Shown here one piece after another: positions 1 to 12,787 of a stretch of DNA of 64,000 nt. The DNA comes from Eledone cirrhosa (taxonomy: Eukaryota). The position numbers and the translations under genes were made by a program. The stretch is from contig OZ024740.1 of the NCBI GenBank assembly GCA_964016885.1, forward strand, positions 229,586,001-229,650,000, given 5' to 3'. The notes beneath the pieces are model-generated. The model was not told the origin of the DNA. It saw nothing but the letters and a program-made list of their open reading frames with translations, and did no database searches. Within the stretch, counting starts at the first letter, position 1; every line of letters starts with the position of its first letter.

Positions 1-16
1 AATAAATTACTATCTC

Positions 17-1305
17 ATGATATCGAAACGCCGAACGCCAAACACCACTGACACCACCACCAACACCACAACTGAAACTAAAAATAATAATAACAAAAAT
101 AACAATAACAACAACAGCAACAACAGCAACAATAAGAATAACAACAACAACATCAACACCAGCGCAAAACCAAATGTGCCGTTTGCTAAAGCGGCAAACG
201 AAAATGAAACGGTTGAGGTAAGCCAGGAAGAATTGAATGAAGCCAAGCGAATGGTAAAAAATATGGTTACAGGGTCAACCTCCCCCCCACCATCTAATGC
301 CATGGAGCATCGGCGCCTATGCAACGTGTCATATCACACGATAAACATTAAAACGCGCCGAGTGGAACGGGCACCCGAGTCCCAGATACAAAGAGCTTTG
401 GGACATGTGTGGGCTCAAAAAACCCACATCAGACGTGGGCAAAAATATGGAACCGTGGACGTGTTCTTTGGAACCCCACAGGAAGCCAGAGAGCACTCCA
501 TGGCCCCATTAAAAAGTGACGAGTTCACACTCGTCCCAAGCTATTGTGGTCAGAGGCTGGTAAGGATCAGGGTGACCCAGGTTCTGCCGGCCATTGAAAT
601 TCCCTGGTTAATGGCTGACGTCCTCGCCGAATCGAGGCCGACACTAAAGTAATTGAGGTGATAAAAGTAAAGAAGAAATGATCCGGATCTGGGATGGAGC
701 TCCGGATCCAAGCGGACCAAAAAAAAAACATACAGGGAATTTCAGAGGTGATAGACCTCAATGACGGCAGCCACCTCACCGTAATCGTTGAGGGTAGAAG
801 GCCTAGGTGTATCGTTTGTGGCGAAGGAAGCCACCTAAAGGCTTTCTGCCCTCAGGCTAAAAAGTTGAGGCCACCTCTCTTGCCCACCCCAGTGACTCAA
901 CCATCAAAATTAGCAGCAGAAATGGCAGCAGCAACTGTAGCAGCAACAACTGTAGCAGCAACAACTGTAGCAGCAACAACTGTAGCAGCAACAACTGTAG
1001 CAGCAACAACAGAAGCAACTGTAGCAGCAAAAACTCCAGCAACAGTAGCAAAACCAACACCACCACCCACCGGGCCAGAATTAGCACCAGCGCCTCCACC
1101 ATCCACCACGCCTCAACCAAAACAAACGCCTGTGGACGATTTTCCACTCCCCGACCTCTCGCAACGGGAGACAGACTGTGACGACGAGGAGGAGTGGGAA
1201 ACTGTATCTGGAAAAAAGACAAAAAAAGACCCCCCTCCTCCCAAACAAATCCTCTTTCTCCGCCCTCCAAAACAAAATGCCGGGCGAAACAAACAAACAA
1301 ACTAA
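17..1305 (+). pseudogene. Tx1-type ORF1 (gag-like, zinc knuckle), split by stops at about 650-690
   Basis: Track ORFs 17..652 and 694..1305 (one base out of frame with each other, so a frameshift accompanies the stops); VEGRRPRCIVCGEGSHLKAFC is CX2CX4HX4C; 15-bp repeat encoding (TVAAT)n; WETV..KK motif typical of Tx1 ORF1. Confidence 0.85.
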
Positions 1306-1814
1306 CAAAAAAATTAAGACAGCTATGTCACCACCCACAACCCACAACCCCAGCCCCATCACCACAAACACCAACACCATCACCATCATTAACCCCAACA
1401 CCACCATCACCAACACCACAACAGTCACCAAAGAGAGAACCAGAAATAAACCTACAACAAACGCAAACAAAACAAAGCAACCAAAACGATATACACTACA
1501 CAGCATTAAATTTGAACAACCACCAATTATTACACTACATCCAACACAACACCAGCATCACAGAAAAAGACTATACAACACCTCAAAAATTCACACCACC
1601 TCCACACATACAAATCACTCGCATCACACAGAAAACATACACAACACTAAAATTAAAAAGACATCGGAGACTTCCGACAAACACTCTCCGGGAGGATTTA
1701 TAAAGACATCCTTCCGGAGGGGGCCACAAATGGAGAGAAGAATGGAGGAACCATCCTTCCTCCACAAGAAGTGAAGTAAGTAGTCTTTCCCATCTTTTTC
1801 CACTCCTTTTCAAC

Positions 1815-3538
1815 ATGACCTCACTCAGAATAGGCAGCATAAATGCGCGTGGCCTGGGGTCGTCATGGAAGCAGGGCCACCTGCTGAACGACCTCAGGTC
1901 CCTAAACATAGATGTGGTGGCCATTAGCGAGACCAGAATCTCTGAAGCACGAGCCTTCGCACCGATCTTCGGCGGCTACGATGTATACGCATCTACCAGC
2001 CGTCCAGGATCGGTGGGGAGAAGTTGCTTGGATCTCGCCATACGGGCCATCTTCTTGGACCCAGAAGGTAAGTTGGTGGTGCTGGACGTGACCAGCGGAG
2101 ACGGGAAAACTTTCAGGCTAGTGGCCGTCTATGCCCCGACAGGAGCAGGGCGGCCTGATTTCTTCCGGCGTCTGGAGACCTTTCTTGGAACGTCCCGCTC
2201 TTTAGTGTTAGTAGGCGACTGGAATGGGATCTTAGATGCAAGCTGGGACTGTGTGGGATTAGCGGATAGGAGAGGTTGGTGTAATAGCCTCGCAAACCTG
2301 CTCAGACGGTTTCAACTGTCTGACAGGTACCGTCTGGATTTCCCGAATGTGCCAATGTGGACATAAACAAACCGCATAGGGTCAACCAGATCATATCTAG
2401 ATAGGGTATTTTGTAGGGAAATATATAAGTCTAGCAGAAGCTGCCCACAATTCAAAATAGTCGACTAAACGGACCTCAAATTTGTGATCTGTGAGGTTGA
2501 CATAGATAGGCACCATAGACAGGGACCTGGCTACTTGAAGCTAAACGCGTCGTTAATAGCGCGCAAGGCCCACAGAGACCGGATTAGCGAACTAGTTAAG
2601 CGGGCGTTAACGGGGGCCATCGTCAACAACAAATGGTGATTTGCTCTGAAAAGAACGATTAGAATAGAGTCCATTAGATTTAGTAAGGCGTTAGCAATAG
2701 AGAAAAATAGAGCAGAGGGAGAACTAGTTAAAAATTAGACGAGGCGCTTAGTAAAGGCATCGCGACCGACGTACTTGCGGCGAAATTGGCACTCGATCAA
2801 TTCTTCAATGCAAAGCATGAAGGCTGCGTTGTCAGAGCTAGGGTGCGTGCTCTCAGACACGAGGGGACGAAAGCCGTTCAATGGGCCTGAGTGGCGGAGG
2901 CGCGTCGTGGCAACAAAGCCACGATCCGGTCTTTGGTGGACCACAACGGGCGCATGCTACTCGATCCCGAGCAAATGTGTGAAGCTTTTCAGCGACACTT
3001 CGCCCAGTTGTTCGGGGGCAGCGGCGGGCCGGATCGCGGGATGGACTTTAGTGTCTACCTCGACGGACTGCCGCGGCTCTCGGCCACTGAGGCGGAGTGT
3101 TGCGAAAAGCCGATAACAGCTGCTGAAGTACGCGAGGCAATGACTGGCTTCACAAGGGGTATATCGGCTGGTTTGGATAGTCTGCCCTACGAACTTTACG
3201 CACACATGTCAGTCTTGTTCGGAGACCTCTGGGTGGACGTCTACTGCAACGGGAGAATTCCCAGCTCTGTCAGCCGAGGAGCGGTGGCGCTGCTGAGAAA
3301 GGATCGGAACAAGGGGGATAACATAGATAATTTCAGGCCCATAACTCAGCTAAACACAAAATTCAAGATTTGGGCCAAGGTGCTAGAAAAGAGGTTGGCG
3401 CTTGTCGTTGGTGGTCTGGTGGGAGAGGCGCAGACATGCGCCATCTCAGAAAGATCCACCCACGACAACCTCCACCTCATGCGATACATTGTGGAGAGGG
3501 TAGCTAGGGAATCTGGCATGGGTGGGTCCTTGATCAAT
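1815..3538 (+). pseudogene. Tx1 ORF2 N-terminal part (AP endonuclease plus start of RT)
   Basis: SINARGL, ISET, VYAP, VGDWN, RSYLDRV motifs; multiple stops and frameshifts; ends at GGSLIN. Confidence 0.9.
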
Positions 3539-5245
3539 GGCAATATGAGCAGGTCGATCTGTCGGCAAACGAAGGATGTGGCCCGCGAACCGCCGTCTCC
3601 TTTTCCGGACAATGTCCCTTAACCTCTCCAATCCTGACCTCCTCATCACTTCCTCGTTGTTAACTTGGTCTCTCCGTGAAATTTTCAATATGGTCCGAAT
3701 GCAACGACGGTGGAATACATCAAGCTTGTTACATACACTTTCCGTACTCTTCCATGTCTCACAGGCATATATCGCTGTTGGTACTACAATGGACATGTAA
3801 ACACGGAATTTGACGGCGTTGCCGATGGAACACCTGGACCATACCGGACGGAGTCAGTGGAAGACCGCCGCTGCTTTTCCCAGCCTTGTGCGCACATCCA
3901 CCTCAGCATCCCCATCGTCAGAGATGTTGCTGCCAAGGTATTGGAAGTGGTTTACACAATCAATGTTACGCTGACCAACCATGATGGGAGGATTTGGAGA
4001 GTCACCTGTCGACATGGTCTTGGTTTTTTCACAACTGATGCGCAGGCCAACTTTCTCTGCATTGTCATTTAGAACGTTTGTCATCTCTTGCAGGTCTTCT
4101 CGGGAATGGCCTATCACTGCGATGTCATCGGCAAAGTCCAGGTCGCTTAATCTCATTCCATCCCAACTGATGCCAAAACGAGGGTCACTCATTGTCTTCT
4201 TCATGATGAAATCGATGACAACGAGGAAAAGGAAAGGCGAAAGGATGCAGCCTTGTCGAACACCCGTCAAATGTCAAACATTTCCGTGTTTCCGTCCTTT
4301 GTCCTAACGCAGCACCTGGAATGTCGGTACAGCGACCTGAAGATGTTAATATATTTCTCTGGGACACCGTAGAGTCTTACAATCTTCCACAATGACTCCC
4401 GATGAACAAGGCACTTGTGGAACTCCCGACATTGTTCAATGATATTTCGGAGAGTAAAGATCTGCTCTGAACAAGACCTTCCACTGCGGAAGCCAGCCTG
4501 TTCGTCTCGAAGATGACGATCTACTTCTGCTCTCAGCCGGTTCATGATGACTGAATGCATTTCACTCCTGTCTCCATCTAGCTTGGCATTGAAGTCACCA
4601 ATCACCAGCCTAATGTCTGACCTGCGTGGTTCCTCTAGGACATCCTGTAGTTGGATAAAAAAGGTATCCTTATCTTCATCTGAGGCAGCTTCAGTCGGGG
4701 CGTAGACTTGCACTACGGTCACCTTGGCTAACCTTGTGCTCAATCTGGCAGTAATAATTCGTTCACTCACTGGCCTCCATCCCACAAGAGCCCGCGATAC
4801 ATCTCCGGTGAGGATGATACCAACTCTGTGGACATGGTGGTCATCATCACCGGAGTAGAGAATAGTCATGTCTCTGCTGTCGAGTTGTCCCCGTCCTGTC
4901 CACCTCGCCTCGCTGATGCCCATGATGTCAAGGCGATATTCTCTCATCTCCTTCAGCACCTGCTCCATCCGCCCGTCCCGAAAGATCGTGCGGACATTCC
5001 AGGTGCCTACTCTTGTGTTTGATTTGGCGTTGGAGATAGGACTTATCCGCGGTCGGGTCTCCTTTCGGCTTTGACCCGGCCCCATCATAGGTGCATCCAG
5101 GGATGACGTGTCTTCTCTTTTCCGCCGCTGGGTATCAACATGGTTTTTTCTTGTCGTTTCTGTAGCGGTGAAAAGTTTTACAGGGGTAGGGCTGCTAACC
5201 CCACGCCCCAACCCTCCTCCTTTCTCAACCGGGCTTGGGACCGAC
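3539..5245 (-). mobile_element. RTE-clade LINE, internally deleted and 3'-truncated, inserted antisense in Tx1 copy 1
   Basis: VGTWNVRT, GISEARW, QVYAPT, IGDFNAK (APE); EQAGFRSGRSC, GVRQGCILSPFLF, LDFADD, FQYLGS, YACETW (RT); RTE-type 5' UTR motif CCCGGTCCCAAGCCCGG..AAAGGAGGAGGGTT near 5215-5243. Confidence 0.92.
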
Positions 5246-6556
5246 ACTACACTAAGAGAATACCAGGCGGTGACAGGAGCAATGATCAACCAGGAAAAGT
5301 CGGTGGGCCTGCAGCTCGGCACCTGGAGAGGCAGGTCCATGCCGTCCAACAGCGTCGTCGGGCGCTGGACGGACAGACTGGTTAAATTGTTAGGTGTCTG
5401 GTTCGGTCCAGACCTCCAGACGGACAAAAACTGGGAAGAGGTGACGAGCAGGATGGCTTCTCTCACCCAGAAATGGGCAGAGAGGAAGCTATCCCTGAAA
5501 GGTCGAGCGGAGGTGGTGAATGCGTACATCGCGTCCGTCATCTACTACCGCCTGACCGTCGTGCCTTGTCCTAAGCCTCGCCTGACTGCGCTGGAATGTT
5601 TGCTCTTTCACTTTTTGTGGAAGGGACGCGCTCCGATGGTCAGGCGGTCCATCTGCTGTCAACACCCGCTACGTGGAGGGCTGGGCATGCCGTGACTGAT
5701 GATGAGCAGACACGCGCTCAGGCTATGATATCTCCACCTCTTCTTCGACGGTGATCAGGTGTTGTCGCCCTTTGCTAGACGCGTTTTTCCCCAGCTCGTC
5801 TCCTTGACGGAGCTATAGTCCTGGGTCAAGCGAAGACCGAGAGGGAGCGCTTGGAGACTGTAATGTCTTCAGGCGCTTACAGCCCTCGACCAGTTGGGTA
5901 ATACGATCGGTGGAAACTCCACCTTGACGTTCTATAAAGGGTTAGTGGAGGGAAAGAGCGACGACGTCCTTGAGAAGACTCTGGGCGTCGACGAAAACCA
6001 ACTAACCAAATCTCTTCGGGAGAACTTCCGGGCCGTGGCCTATGGACAACTTCCAGAAATCCCTGGTCTGGCAGTGCTATGAGGAGCCTTGCCAGTTCGG
6101 GATAAACTCTACAGGCATGGAAGTGCCGTCAGCCGGGCATGTCCGAGATGCGCGCAGGGCGACGAAACCGTCCTGCACGCACTCGTCCAGTGTTCGAGCA
6201 TTGCTGACTTGTGGGTTTATGTCGAACACCTGCTGTCGCGTGTCGGACGGATCCGGCTATCAGCTGAGTCTATCGTGACGATTGCTCCGCCCTCTTCCTT
6301 TAGACGGGAAGGGCAGGCAGTTTTTATCTGTCTCGTGGCCATGGCGAAAGAGATAGTGTGGTGGAGGCGTTTGAAAGGCCTGAAGACGAGCACTTACCTC
6401 TTCGGTGATACCCTGATTAACTTTTTCAAATTTCACCTGAAAAGAAAAATCAGGGTAGAGAGGGAAGTGCTCTCTTCCCAGCATTTTGTTGAAAGATGGG
6501 TGAGAGAGGCAAGAATGGCCCGAGTGAATGGGCCTACTCTTAGTATGCGCCTGTAA
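5246..6556 (+). pseudogene. Tx1 ORF2 C-terminal part (RT thumb, zinc-finger tail)
   Basis: EYQAVTGAMINQEKS, VKLLGVWFG, LSLKGRAEVVN, GGLGMP, CPRCAQGDETVLHALVQC; colinear with copy 2 from about 11250. Confidence 0.9.
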
Positions 6557-6734
6557 ATTGAAGGTGTCATCGTGGCTTTTTTAATGGGCTTTCTCCACGA
6601 ATGTCCCTCGGAAGTCCCCCCCCCCTCCTTATTGGCGAATTTTTCATTGTTTCTTTTTTGTTACATCCTCTGTTTTTTGGGGGTTTTTTACACGCAGAAA
6701 TGCCTATTTGTACCGTCCTGCATTGTCCTGTATT

Positions 6735-7186
6735 GGCAGTTTTTAACTGCCTGGTGGCCATGGTAAAAGGAATCGTATGGTGGACACGTCTGAAAGGGTT
6801 GAAAACGGGTACTTTCCTCTTCGGTGACGCTCTCATTAACTCATTAACAGCCAGTTTGTTGAAAGGTGGGTAAGAGAGGCAAGAATGGCCCGTGTGAATG
6901 GGCCTACCCTGAGCGTGTACCTGTAGCATAGTGGGAGGAAAACTGGAAGAGGGCACTTGGCCTAGCGGTCAGGGTAACCGTGGGTTTTTTATGGGCTTTC
7001 TCCACGAGCGACCCTCGGAAGTCTGCCCCCTATCGGGGAATTTTTCATTGTTTCCTTTTTTGTTACATCCTCTGTTTTTTTGGGGTTTTTTATACGCAGA
7101 AATGCCCATTTGTACCGTCCTGTGTTGTCCTGTGTGTCCTTAATGTTAAACTTTGTGTCAACCCTTGTGGTTAATAAAGAAAACAT
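6735..7186 (+). repeat. Second, diverged copy of the Tx1 3' end (ORF2 tail plus 3' UTR) in tandem
   Basis: 6735-6925 repeats 6315-6556 (CLVAM.K.IVWW.RLKGLKT) and 6975-7140 repeats 6570-6730. Confidence 0.88.
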
Positions 7187-7211
7187 TATTATTATTATTA
7201 TTATTATTATT

Positions 7212-10200
7212 GGTCGTTGAAGCGAATGGACGTACTATCGTGAGCGCGTAAGTTTGTCATTAATATTTTTGTTTCAAACGGGAAATAATACTTTAGTCTT
7301 TGCCCACAAGAAAAGACTCCCCATAATATTTGGGCCTTTTGGTCATGACGGAGAACGAACGACAACAAAGACAACAATATCAACAACAGTGACAACCACA
7401 ACAACAGCAACAACAACAATAATAACAATAGCAGCAGCAACAATATCAACGAAAACAACAACGAAATTAACACCAGTAACCAGCACATAATCAGCGACAG
7501 CACCAACAGCAACAATACCAACTGCACCGAAAACAACAACAACGGCGGCACCAAAGATATAACCAACTGCAACAGTAATAACAGCAACAACACTAACAAG
7601 AATAACGACAACAACAAGAACACTTTCGCTGCGGCAGCAGCCAAGAAAAGGCCATGCTTCAACATGGACTTGACAGACAAGGAAACAAAGTTGGACCAGG
7701 CATGGAAGCTCACCAAACAGGAGCAAACCTGGGCCAACTTAACTGTCCCGGCAGAGGCCATAGAAGGGGTGGAGAAGAGAACTCTGGTCTTCAGATGCAT
7801 CTCAGCTGAGACGAAAAGAGCCACAAACTCTATCCAAGCAGACGTCGAGGCTGTGCTGAGATGCATCAAAGGAGATACAGAGTATGTAGCGAGGGGTCAA
7901 CAATACGGCACCATCTTGGTGCTGTTTAGGTCGGAGCCCCCGCTTTGAAGCACTCGACGACCCCCTTGCAAAACCAGCAAGGTTATTATGTACCCCTCCC
8001 ACATGGGAAAAGGTACAATTAGAGTTCGCATTCCTAGGATTCCACCTGGACTAGATATGTGGTCGCTCTTGGGATGTATGATTGTGGAGTAGTCAGATAC
8101 CGTCCCAATTGAGTTAACCATGACAGGAAGAGAGGATTGGTCCGGGGTTGATCTGGAAATACTTCTCCAGATCAAACCTGAAGAAATAAAGAAAATCCCG
8201 GAGCAGATCCGCCTCCAAAATGATGGCTGAAGGCAAAAGGCCTGTGATGGCTGAAGGGGAAAGGCCGCACTGTTTCAGTTGCGGCGAAAAAAAAAAAATT
8301 GCGAGCCTTCTGCCCTCAGCTGTTGAAAAATGCAAGGGGTCAAAAGTCTCCGCTGCTGCCGACGCCGGGGCCTCATCGTGAAATAACAACACCAACAACA
8401 AAATCTGCAGCAACAACACCAGCAGAACTAACAACAACTGCAAAGACAATCAAGACCATCCAGGGTCCACTCCAAAGAAGCTCTTCCGCCCCCTCCCTCT
8501 CGAACGCACACACACACATTGAAACACACACCCATACACGCACTGCCACTTACATCTGACCCAAACACAGATCCTCTTCATCAGTAAGCGAAGATGAGGA
8601 GGAACACCAAAAGCCAAAAAACAACAAAAAAAAACAACAAAAAACACAAGAAGAAATCACACACACCAACACAAACAGCAAACAAAAAAGACACATTCGC
8701 ACCAAACACAGACACACATACTACAACACCCTCCCCCGCAACAACACAACCGTCAACACAAACACCATCTCCACCAACAACACTAAGACTAACACAAATA
8801 ACTAAAAGAAAACACACACAGCAACAACTTACAACCACAACACCTCACTTCGTATTAGTGAGGAAGTCGAACACAAAATTACTGAACCTCATAACAAGAA
8901 GTAAGGAAATAGAGAAAGAGGGGGATGCGTTTAACACCTGCACCTTCAAGGTGCCACACACTCTTTTGCTGGTGTGAATGGCACTAACCAATTATAAAAC
9001 AATTAGGGAGGGCTTCCCCAACGACGTGGGAACACCCAGTGTAAAAGCCTCAAGTAGGCTTTTAAAGGGGTTCGCCAAAGAAACCCCACCAACTATGGAG
9101 GTCGAACCACCCGACCTTCACAAATCCCGGAAGGTAAGTAAACTTTTCCTCTCTCTTTTAGCCTGCCAAGATGGCCATATTAAGAGTAGGATGTCTAAAT
9201 GTTCGAGGCCTGGGATCGTCCTGGAAGCAGGGTGACCTGCTAAACGACCTCAGGTCTCTAGAAATGGATGAGATTGCTATCAGCGAGACCAGGATTTCCC
9301 ACACGCGCGCACTAGCCCCTATTTTCGACGACTATCAGATCTTCGCATCTGTTAGTCGGCCGGGAATGGGCGGTGGGTGGCAGTGCTGTTTAGGAAAAGC
9401 CTGGATCTCGAGGTAAGGTCGATCTTCCGGGACCCGGACGGTAAGTTGGTGGTCCTGGACATGAACAATAGTGAAGGTGGGGCCTTTAGACTGGTGGCCG
9501 TCTGGGGCAGGACGGCCGGATTTCTTTAGACGCCTGGAAGCCTTTCTCGGTACGTCCCGCCCATTACTGTTAGCGGGGGACTGGAACGGCATCTTAGACG
9601 CACGCTGGGACTGTGTGGGAGTATCCAATAAGGGGCATGGGGTGCAAAAGCCTCAAGTACCCGATCAGCCAGCACCAACTGTCTGACAGGTACCAACTAG
9701 ATTTCCCTAAGGCGCCAGTGTGGACGTAGACAAATCGTTTAGGGATCTATATCGTACTTAGATAGGTTTCTAATTAGATTAGTGGATAAGGATAGTATAG
9801 GGTGTTCACAATTACATACGGTCGCCTACTCAGTTCACAAGTTTGTGATCTATATGGTCGACCTAGATAAGATGCGTAGGTTAGGACCTGGTTACTGGAA
9901 GCTGAACATGTCGTTTCCGGCACGTAAGACTTACAGGGACCGGGTCAACAATTTAGTTTAAAAAACGTTGACAGGGGGAGTAGTCAACAATAGATGGTGG
10001 GGGGCTCTCAAAAGAGAGATTAGAGTAATGTCGATAGGGTTTAGCAAAGAAGTAAAATAGAAAGTAGTGGGAGCTGGTAGCTAAGCTAAATGAGGCTATT
10101 TGTAGTGGCATTGCAGCTGCCGTGCTAGCGGCGAGAATGGCATTAGATCATTTCTTCAATGCGAAACACGAAGGTTGCATTATCAGAACTAAGGCGCGTG

Positions 10201-12787
10201 CTCTGAGAAACGAGGGAACCAAAGCTGTTCGATGGGCCTGCATGGCGGAGGCGCAGCCTGGTAATAAAACCACGATTCGGTCTTTGACGAACCGAGACGG
10301 ACACGAGCTGAGCGATTCCAAGCGGATGTGTGAGGCCTTTCGCCAACATTTTGCTCGGTTGTTCGGGGGAAGTCGCGGGTCAGAGACGGTGGCGGACTTC
10401 ATTCCCTATCTCGATGGCTTGCTGCAACTCTCGACGGCCGACGCTGAACGCTGCGAAAGGTCGATTACTTCAGCCAAGATTCAGGATGCCTTTGTCGGCT
10501 GCATGAGGCGTAAGTCACCCGGTTTGAATGGTCTGCCCTACGAGCTTTACGTAAATATGCAAAACTTGTTCTCCGATCTCCTCGAAGCGCTCTACTGCAA
10601 CTGGCAACAGAGCGGAAGTATTCCCAGTTCTGTGAGCCAGGACGTAGTGACGCTGATAAAGAAAGACGAGAACAAGAGGGACACATTAGACAATTTCAGG
10701 CCCATAACTCTGCCCAACACAGAGTTTAAGATTTTGGCTAATGTGTTAAAGAGGTTGGCGCTTGTCGTCGAGGATTTGGTTGGGGAGACGCAAAATTGCG
10801 CAACCCCAACCAGGTCCATACACGACAACCTCCACCTCATGCGATACATCATAGAGAGGGTAGGGTGCAAACCTGGCTTCGGTGGGGCTCTGATCAATTT
10901 AGATCAATCGAAAGCATTCGATAGGGTCGACCATCGGTACCTAGAGGCTGTCCTCAGGGGGTTGGCTTCGGCCCCGTCTTCAGAAGCTGGATCGCTGCAT
11001 TGCATAACGGCATCTGCTCAGTGGTCAAAGTTAATGGCTACCTCTCGAAACCCTTTCAGATCTCCCGATCGGTCCGTCAAGGGTGACCTCTCTCCTCCCT
11101 TCTGTACGTATTGACTCTCGAGCCTTTACTACGAAAGCTGGAGCTGTTGCAGGGAATCACACACGAACCAGGACGCGGAAAGGCTGTGCCGACTTAGGCG
11201 GATGACATCACCGTGATGGTGTCGGACACCTCAGAAATCTAGGTGATCGGCACCTTATTGAAGGAATATGAAAGTTTGACGGGAGCAAAACTTAACCCGG
11301 AAAAGTCGGTGGGCTTGCATCTCGGCACCTGGAGAGGCAAGTCTATGCCGTCCAACAGCGTCGTTGGGCACTGGATGGACGGACTGGTAAAGTTGCTCGG
11401 GGTTTGGTTCGGGCCAGACCCCAGGTGGATAAGAATTGGGACGAGATGACGGGCAGGGTAGCCAGTCTCACCCAGAAATAGGCTGTGAGGCAGCTATCAC
11501 TGAAAGGTCGGGCGGAGGTGGCGAACGCGTACATCACGTCCGTCATCTACTACCGCCTGACCGTCGTCCCTTGCCCCAGTTCGCGCCTCGCCAAGTTGGA
11601 ACGGCTCCTCTTCAAATTCTTGTGGAGGGGTCAGGTTCCGTTGGTGAGGCGGTCTTGCCGCGGCTAATGATGCTCAGTCATGCGCCGAGGCTGCGGCATC
11701 TCCAGATATTCTGCCTAAACGGTGAACAGGTGTGGTCGGCGTTTGTCAGACGGGCCTTTCAGCAGCTCGTCTGTTTGAGTGAGCTGCATTCCTGGGTCAA
11801 GAAGAGACCGAGATTGGGTGACTGGCATCTGGAATGCTGCCAGGCACTCACTGCCCTCTACCAGGTGGGCAATACGGTCAGTGGAACTTCCACGTTAGAG
11901 TTCTATAGAGGATTAGTGGTGACCAAGTGCGACGACGTACTCAGAGAGGCTCTGGGCGTCGACGAAGTCAAACTAACCAGTCTGTTCCGGAGGACTTTCG
12001 AGCCGGGGACGATGGATAATTTCCAAAAATCCCTTGCTTGGCAGTGCTACCGAGGGGCACTGCCGGTTCGAGATAAACTCTACAGGCACAGAAGTGCTGT
12101 CAGACGGACCTGCCCGAGATGCGCGCAGAGCGACGAAACCGTTCTTCACGCACTCGTCCAGTGTCCGTGCATTACTGACTTGTGGGGTTATGTCGAACAG
12201 CAGTTGTCGCGTGTAGAACGGATCCGGCTATCGGCCGAGTCCATAGTGAATATCGACCCGCCGCCTTCCTTTGGTCAGGAAGGGCAGGCAATTTTCCTGT
12301 CTGGTGGCAGTAGCGAAAGAGGTTGTATGGTGGACGAGGTTGAAAGGACTAAAGACAGACACTTTTCTCTTCGGCCAATCCCTTATAAACTTTTTCAAGT
12401 TTCACTTGGAAAGGAAGGTGAGGGTGGAGAGAGAAGTACTGCCCCCCAGTACATTTGCTGAAATGTGGGCGAATGTGGCGAGAATAGCCCGTGTGAGTGG
12501 GCCTATTCTGATCATGCGCCTGTAGGTGGGTGAAGTTGAGGAGGAGAGGGGTGCCCTTCCCGGGTGCTCTCGAAGCGTCGGGTCGTTCAGGATTGGTGGG
12601 GTACCTGAGTGAACCCTGGGTGGTCATCCCCCCTATTGGGGAATCTTTCTTGTTGTATTTTTATTGTTATTTTGTTATTGTTATTTATATTGTTTACACG
12701 TTGTATATGTAAACCCCCACTTCCCAGTCTTTTGTATTGTCTCCTATATGTCGACCCTTATGGCCTATAAATTAAATCATTATTATT
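7212..12787 (+). mobile_element. L1/Tx1-clade retrotransposon, copy 2 (near full length, decayed)
   Basis: Starts directly after (TTA)n; ORF1 remnants with GQQYGTI and AEGERPHCFSCG; ORF2 from 9171 MAILRVGCLNVRGLG, RT LDQSKAFDRVDH, SVRQG, ADD; stop at 12525; tail CATTATTATT. Confidence 0.93.

Larger units (their letters stand above)
17..7211 (+). mobile_element. L1/Tx1-clade non-LTR retrotransposon, copy 1 (decayed, interrupted by an RTE)
   Basis: ORF1 with CCHC knuckle, then ORF2 with APE start MTSLRIGSINARGLG at 1815, RT motifs (NFRPITQLNTKFKIWAKVL), C-terminal CPRC..ETVLHAL..C, 3' UTR, AATAAA and (TTA)n tail at 7186-7211. Confidence 0.93.

Noticed and set aside
4267-5541. 424-aa minus-strand ORF
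   Set aside because: Chimera of antisense Tx1 sequence, RTE 5' UTR and deleted RTE ORF; not a gene
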